The notes under the pieces are model-generated. The model was not told the DNA's origin and made no database searches. It worked only from the letters and a program-made list of their open reading frames with translations. Positions 59,420 through 64,000 of a stretch of DNA of 64,000 bases are shown here, piece by piece. Positions within the stretch are counted from its first letter, which is position 1, and each line of letters begins with the position of its first letter. This stretch comes from Candidatus Parcubacteria bacterium (GTDB taxonomy: Bacteria > Patescibacteriota > Minisyncoccia > Phycocordibacterales > Zambryskibacteraceae): the NCBI GenBank assembly GCA_019661785.1, contig JAIFWP010000002.1, positions 161,869 through 225,868 on the forward strand, written 5' to 3'. The position numbers were made by a program, and so were the translations under genes.

Positions 59420-59453
59420 AAAAAACCCTGCCTCTCGAGAATCGAGGGCAGGG
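59420..59453 (-). terminator. Intrinsic terminator
   Basis: CCCTGCCCTCGA-TTC-TCGAGAGGCAGGG-TTTTTT. Confidence 0.85.
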
Positions 59454-59731
59454 CGGGGTGTGTTGTCTGGATACCGGAGTGTTCACGGATGACCAGATTG
59501 GAAGTGGGGTCTCGACGGCTGGTTACGTCTCTTGCCTCACAACCCATACTTGTTATGTGGAACCGACTGAACACCTTTTTTACAATCGCTCGGGATACAG
59601 GGCTTGGTTTGCTAATGATTCACCCAGGAAACCGACGGACACGACTGCTGCCTTAGCGTTCCTGCTCGGTTGGAATAGAACCGACGGACACAGAAACAGG
59701 CCAGAATTCAGCGCTTCCTAAAGAACTGTCT
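59420..59731 (-). ncRNA. Candidate structured ncRNA (~310 nt)
   Basis: Consensus promoter upstream, boxA-like GTTCTTTA, repeated GTGTCCGTCGGTT, U-tailed terminator, no credible ORF. Confidence 0.55.
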
Positions 59732-59737
59732 TTTATT

Positions 59738-59765
59738 ATTATACACCTACAAATACTTTTGTCAA
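59738..59765 (-). promoter_or_regulatory. Consensus sigma70 promoter TTGACA-N16-TATAAT
   Basis: Exact hexamers. Confidence 0.8.
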
Positions 59766-59819
59766 GGAGAAAATAGATAGCAAAAAAGAGCCCTTGGTTA
59801 GGCCCTTTTTCAGCATTCT

Positions 59820-61619
59820 TTAGACTCCTAGAATAACTGGGATGATGATTGGCTTCTTCATTGTCTTTTGGAAGAGGAAGCGGGCGACATCCTCGGAGAC
59901 AGCGTTCTTGGCGTAGTCGAAGTTGATGGGGTTCATGCCGACGGTCGTCGACTCTATGGCACGCTTGATGATGTGACGAGTCTCTGAGAGGAGTTCCTGC
60001 GACTCGCGGAGGTAGATGAAGCCGCGGGAGATAATGTCTGGGGATTTCTTAAGATGTCCTGACTTCTGCACCATGGCAACGACTACGACGAAGCCCTCTT
60101 CGGCGAGCATCTTCCTGTCGCGGATGAGCACCTCGGAGACATCTCCGACGGAGAAGCCTTCCACCACCATGTCCTCTGATGGAGCCTTTACTCCCAGTCT
60201 CACGAACTTAGTACCCTTGTCCTGTATCTCAATGAGGGAGCCATTGTCTGGGACGAGGATGTTCTCTCGAGGGCAGCCAAGCTGCGCGGCGAACTCGGCA
60301 TGCATCTTGAGCATGTAGTGGTGTCCGTGCACTGGCATGAAGAATTTATAAGGTATCTGCTTGTGGACCCACTCCATCTCTCCGCGCTTGGCGTGACCTG
60401 AGGTATGCACATCGGAGTCGAGGTAGGTGATGATCTTGGCATCGTTCCTAAAGAGGTTGTCTTTGAGCTTTGCTACGGCGCGCTCGTTGCCAGGGATGAT
60501 AGATGACGAGAGGATGATGGTGTCAGAGCGCTGGAGCTTCAAGAACTTGTGAGTCTTGTTCGACATGCGCATGAGAGCAGCGAACTCCTCTCCCTGAGCT
60601 CCAGTGGCTATCATCATGACCTTATTGGGAGGATACTTCTCTATCTCCTCTACGCCTATGACATGGTCGACGTCGACTAGGTTAAGGTGCTTAATAATCT
60701 CGACGTTGTTCTTCATGCTCCTACCCTCGATGACGACCTTCTTGCCGTAGCGCTTGGCCATGAGGAAGAATTCAATAATGCGCTCTACCTGGGAGGCAAA
60801 GGTGGCGATGATGACGCGGCCTGGAGCGTCCTTCACTATGGCGTCGATGTTCTTAAGTATCGAAACTTCAGAAGGGGAGAAGCCACCCTTCTCAATACCC
60901 GTTGAGTCCATGGTAAAGAGGAGGACGTTCCTATCTTTGAACATCTTGTACTGCTCGATCTCCTTAGGAGCTATGACTCCGTTCTCGTTCTCAACGCGGA
61001 CGTCTCCGGTGTTTACTATGTCGCCAAAGGGGGTTTCGATGATGACTCCAGTAGAGTCAGGTATCGAGTGCGTCAAGCCGAAGAAGCGGACCTTCAAGTT
61101 TGGAGTGATGGCTATCGACTTGTCGTCCTTGTCGACAACGCGGATGTCGAGGGCTGGCATGTGCGGGAACTCCTCTTGGCGCTTCTTGATAAGGAGGGCG
61201 CCGAACTCTCTCACGTAGAGAGGCGGGTTGCCTATGCGGTTCATGATATAAGGTATGCCGCCGATGTGGTCGAGGTGTCCGTGGGTAATAACCATGGCGC
61301 GGACTTTGCTCTTCCTTTCCTCGATGTACTTAGTGTTCGGCAATATATAGTCGACGCCTGGAGTCTCTGCGTCGGTGAACTGGATACCGCAGTCTACAAC
61401 GATGATGTCATCGCCAAACTCAATGGCAGTACAGTTGCGTCCGACCTCCTCCACTCCTCCCAAGGGGACAATACGAATGACGCCCTCGGCTATAGGAGGG
61501 ATGACGTCAGGGGCCTTCTTCTGAGGGATGGCTCGATCGGAGCCTCGGCGCATGCTCTTGCCTCTCATGCCGCGCTTGAAGTTGCCTCGTGGTGCTTGGG
61601 GGGAGTTGGTTGGGTTCAT
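59820..61619 (-). CDS. rnj: Ribonuclease J
   Basis: PLGGVEEVGRN, THGHLDHIG, HSIPDS, TGAQGE, HTSGH. Confidence 0.95.
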   Translation of the reverse strand: MNPTNSPQAPRGNFKRGMRGKSMRRGSDRAIPQKKAPDVIPPIAEGVIRIVPLGGVEEVGRNCTAIEFGDDIIVVDCGIQFTDAETPGVDYILPNTKYIEERKSKVRAMVITHGHLDHIGGIPYIMNRIGNPPLYVREFGALLIKKRQEEFPHMPALDIRVVDKDDKSIAITPNLKVRFFGLTHSIPDSTGVIIETPFGDIVNTGDVRVENENGVIAPKEIEQYKMFKDRNVLLFTMDSTGIEKGGFSPSEVSILKNIDAIVKDAPGRVIIATFASQVERIIEFFLMAKRYGKKVVIEGRSMKNNVEIIKHLNLVDVDHVIGVEEIEKYPPNKVMMIATGAQGEEFAALMRMSNKTHKFLKLQRSDTIILSSSIIPGNERAVAKLKDNLFRNDAKIITYLDSDVHTSGHAKRGEMEWVHKQIPYKFFMPVHGHHYMLKMHAEFAAQLGCPRENILVPDNGSLIEIQDKGTKFVRLGVKAPSEDMVVEGFSVGDVSEVLIRDRKMLAEEGFVVVVAMVQKSGHLKKSPDIISRGFIYLRESQELLSETRHIIKRAIESTTVGMNPINFDYAKNAVSEDVARFLFQKTMKKPIIIPVILGV

Positions 61620-61642
61620 GTAGATATTTCTGTATTAGGTGA

Positions 61643-63403
61643 TTATCTTTTGGCGAATATATTCCAAACGGAGTTTGTCTCTATGTACCAGTCCCGTACG
61701 CTCTCAAAGCGGTCTTGCGGTGTAGACAGGTCGCCGAGCGTGAGCCCGTGGACGGTCTTTGGCACCACATAGAGGAAGCTCGGTGTGTACAGGAAGACGG
61801 CCGGGAGGTCGAACTTCACTAGGCTGTTGAAGGCCTTGTAGTCAGCGGCACGCTTGTCCTGGTCGCTCTGCGAGCGCGCATCCGAGAGGAGCTTGTCGGC
61901 TTGGCTCGATACGTAGAGAGCGATGTTTAGCCCTGGGTCGCTACGCTCTGACGAGTGCCAGAAGGGGTATACGTCCGCATCGCGTCCGACAACTTCTCCG
62001 AAGAGGAGAGCCTGGTAGCGGCGGGGACGGATGACGTTCTGGTTTAAGTCACCCTGCTCATAGACATTCACAGTTATGTCAGCTCCTAGCTTAGACCAGG
62101 CTGACTTCAACATATCCGCCACCGCCCGGAGTTCCGGGTTGTCAGATGTGGAGAGAGTGAACGACAACTTGATGGTATCAGTTTTGGATTTTTTTTCAAG
62201 TATGCCGGTTTCTGCATTCTTCACCCAGCCGTTCCTTGCAAGTAGGGCTGTGGCGTCGAGGAGATTCTTCTCCATGTCTCTATTTGTAACTGAGTTGTCG
62301 ATATCCTCGAAGAGTCCTGGAGGGAGAGGGCCGTCTATGGCCGTGCCGTAGCCGAAGAGAACTTTGTTCACAATGTCTTGCTTAGGTGCGGTCATGTCGA
62401 GAGCCAGTCTCACCGACTTATCGAGGAGAGATTTATTGGTACTCTGGTTGAAGAAGACTCCAAAGACTCTCGGCAAAGGCGAGGAGAGGATGTTTTGGCC
62501 TGACTTCTTTAAGCCTGCGGCTTCGGCCGGAGAGATGCCGGAGAGGCTGTCTATGTCGCCGCCGTCGAGGGCGCTCAAGAGGTCTTGTTCGCTAGGGTAG
62601 AACTTGAAGACGTAATGCTTAATGTATGGAGCTCTGCCCACAGCCTTATCGAAGGGGGTGAGGTCGTAGTAGTTAGGTATGCCGCCCGAGTCTCTAGTAA
62701 CATTTGCCACTTCATAGGGACCGGAGCCTACCGGAAGGATGTTCCACTGGCTGAAGGAGAACTCGTCGTTGGTAACTGAGGACCAGACATGCTTTGGCAG
62801 GATGCCGACAGTGAGGTTCGCTCTGAAGGGGGCATATGGCTGGCGGAGAGTGAAGCTCACTGTGCTCGAGTCGACTTTGGAAATGGACACTCCGGCGAAG
62901 TCGCCAAAGAGAGGACTCTTCACATCGGGGTCGAGTATCTTGTCTATGGTGAAGACAACATCATCGGCCATTACTGGTGTGCCGTCCTGGAAGTAAGCAT
63001 CAGGACGGATCTTCAAAGTATAAGTAAGACCGTTTGGCGATACAGTGAGGCTCTCGGCGAGGTCGTTTACCAGAGTGCCGTCGGCTCCGTACTTGAGGAG
63101 GCCTGAGTAGACTAAGGCGGAGAGGTTCTTGTCTGCCTCCGAAAGTGCCAGGACCGGGTTTATGAAGCGCGGATTGCCCACGACGCCCTCGGTGAGAGTG
63201 CCTCCGCGGAGCGGTACATCCGTAAGGTAAGCGCTATTCACCTTATATAGAAGGCTGAGCGAACAGAGTATGAATAGGAAGGTGAAGAAGTAGAAGACCG
63301 ACTTCTCAGCCAAGGTGAGTCTCCGGAGGGCTCTCTCAATGGAGCGTTCTAGAGGCAGATGGAAGCGCTTAGTAGAGAGCGCGCGTAGCTTTTGATAGTT
63401 CAT
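61643..63403 (-). CDS. Peptide ABC transporter substrate-binding protein (family 5)
   Basis: GGTLTEG, INPVL, FQDGTPVMADDVVFT, PVGSGPY. Confidence 0.9.
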   Translation of the reverse strand: MNYQKLRALSTKRFHLPLERSIERALRRLTLAEKSVFYFFTFLFILCSLSLLYKVNSAYLTDVPLRGGTLTEGVVGNPRFINPVLALSEADKNLSALVYSGLLKYGADGTLVNDLAESLTVSPNGLTYTLKIRPDAYFQDGTPVMADDVVFTIDKILDPDVKSPLFGDFAGVSISKVDSSTVSFTLRQPYAPFRANLTVGILPKHVWSSVTNDEFSFSQWNILPVGSGPYEVANVTRDSGGIPNYYDLTPFDKAVGRAPYIKHYVFKFYPSEQDLLSALDGGDIDSLSGISPAEAAGLKKSGQNILSSPLPRVFGVFFNQSTNKSLLDKSVRLALDMTAPKQDIVNKVLFGYGTAIDGPLPPGLFEDIDNSVTNRDMEKNLLDATALLARNGWVKNAETGILEKKSKTDTIKLSFTLSTSDNPELRAVADMLKSAWSKLGADITVNVYEQGDLNQNVIRPRRYQALLFGEVVGRDADVYPFWHSSERSDPGLNIALYVSSQADKLLSDARSQSDQDKRAADYKAFNSLVKFDLPAVFLYTPSFLYVVPKTVHGLTLGDLSTPQDRFESVRDWYIETNSVWNIFAKR

Positions 63404-63441
63404 CCCTATTAGAGATTAAGGAGATAGTTTAAGAGCGAGGT

Positions 63442-63669
63442 TTAGGAGCGGAAGAAGAGGGAAATGAAGGCGGTAGCAGCGAACAAGATGGCAGTGATTA
63501 TTGTACCAATGAATAGGAATCGTTCAAAGCCGCGCCTAGCATAGCGGGTAGCGTTCATACCATCCGCGCCAAAGGCTGCACCGAGGCCGGCTTCGGAGCG
63601 CTGGAGGAGTATCCCTCCGATGAGGAGGATAGATAGCACTAGCTGGATGTAGGGCAGTAGGGAAGCCAT
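63442..63669 (-). CDS. secG: Preprotein translocase subunit SecG
   Basis: ILLQRSEAGLGAAFG...RRGFERFL. Confidence 0.9.
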   Translation of the reverse strand: MASLLPYIQLVLSILLIGGILLQRSEAGLGAAFGADGMNATRYARRGFERFLFIGTIITAILFAATAFISLFFRS

Positions 63670-63766
63670 AATCTACAGGAGGTAAGGATAACACGTAAGG
63701 TTTCTACTTTCAATGCGTTTGTGGTAGCTTAGAAATAGCCCTAGGTTGTCCCTTTTTGGAGGTTTT

Positions 63767-63955
63767 ATGCTCCTCAGAATCCAGATATGGTTCGAGCTTC
63801 GAAAGGAAAAGAAGCGTAACCAGCTTCGCCAACGAGTGTGTGAGCTCAAGTTGCTTCGCAGCTCGAGCTTGCGCGCCGACGATATGGCGAAAGTGGAACG
63901 GCTTTACGTAGAGGAGCGTATTTTGTGTAACAAGCTCCTGTGGTTGAATAGTTGA
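63767..63955 (+). CDS. Orphan small hypothetical protein (62 aa)
   Basis: SD GGAGG 4 nt before ATG 63767; followed by a hairpin. Confidence 0.5.
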   Translation: MLLRIQIWFELRKEKKRNQLRQRVCELKLLRSSSLRADDMAKVERLYVEERILCNKLLWLNS

Positions 63956-63964
63956 GCGTGAGGT

Positions 63965-63990
63965 AGGGCCCCGATTCGTCGGGGCCCTTT
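63965..63990 (+). terminator. Terminator hairpin
   Basis: AGGGCCCCGA-TTCG-TCGGGGCCCT-TT. Confidence 0.75.
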
Positions 63991-64000
63991 CATTTGACAA

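Noticed and set aside
59561-59691. Possible mini-CRISPR, and the 63-aa / 103-aa ORFs in this region
   Set aside because: Repeats are only 13 nt with uneven periods (49 and 69) and no cas genes; the ORFs lack start signals, and one runs through the terminator.

Overview
Chromosomal window of a small-genome bacterium. Gene content (complete type IV pilus/comF locus, short RF2, rnj, ftsEX, Fn3/peptidoglycan-binding surface proteins, almost no biosynthetic genes, few Shine-Dalgarno sites) points to Patescibacteria/CPR (Parcubacteria-like); this assignment is an inference. Core genes: recG (partial), mscL, comF, pilM/N/O/B/T/C with pilins and pilD, ligA, gatC/gatA, nfi, prfB, ftsE/X, msrA, rnj, secG. 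There are seven intact tRNAs: Ser-GCT, fMet, Met/Ile2-CAT, Asp-GTC, Thr-GGT, Thr-CGT, Gln-CTG. An AT-rich island after tRNA-Ser carries a BcgI-like type IIB R-M pair plus an unknown gene. The most striking unannotated signals are: (1) a recurring ECF-type promoter (nGWAAG-N16-CGTY) placed exactly 7 nt before the start codon of general-stress genes, i.e. a candidate leaderless ECF-sigma stress regulon; (2) a 280-bp element encoding only a GIY-YIG nuclease, with 13-bp terminal inverted repeats and a TCA target duplication, inserted in a start codon; (3) a ~310-nt promoter-to-terminator structured ncRNA candidate with internal repeats next to rnj; (4) two tandem tRNA-Thr 5' fragments with a double hairpin inserted in the D-loop; (5) a dockerin-bearing subtilase next to a membrane-anchored cohesin; (6) prfB starting 2 nt after a tRNA. 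All calls come from reading the sequence by eye; no database searches were run.
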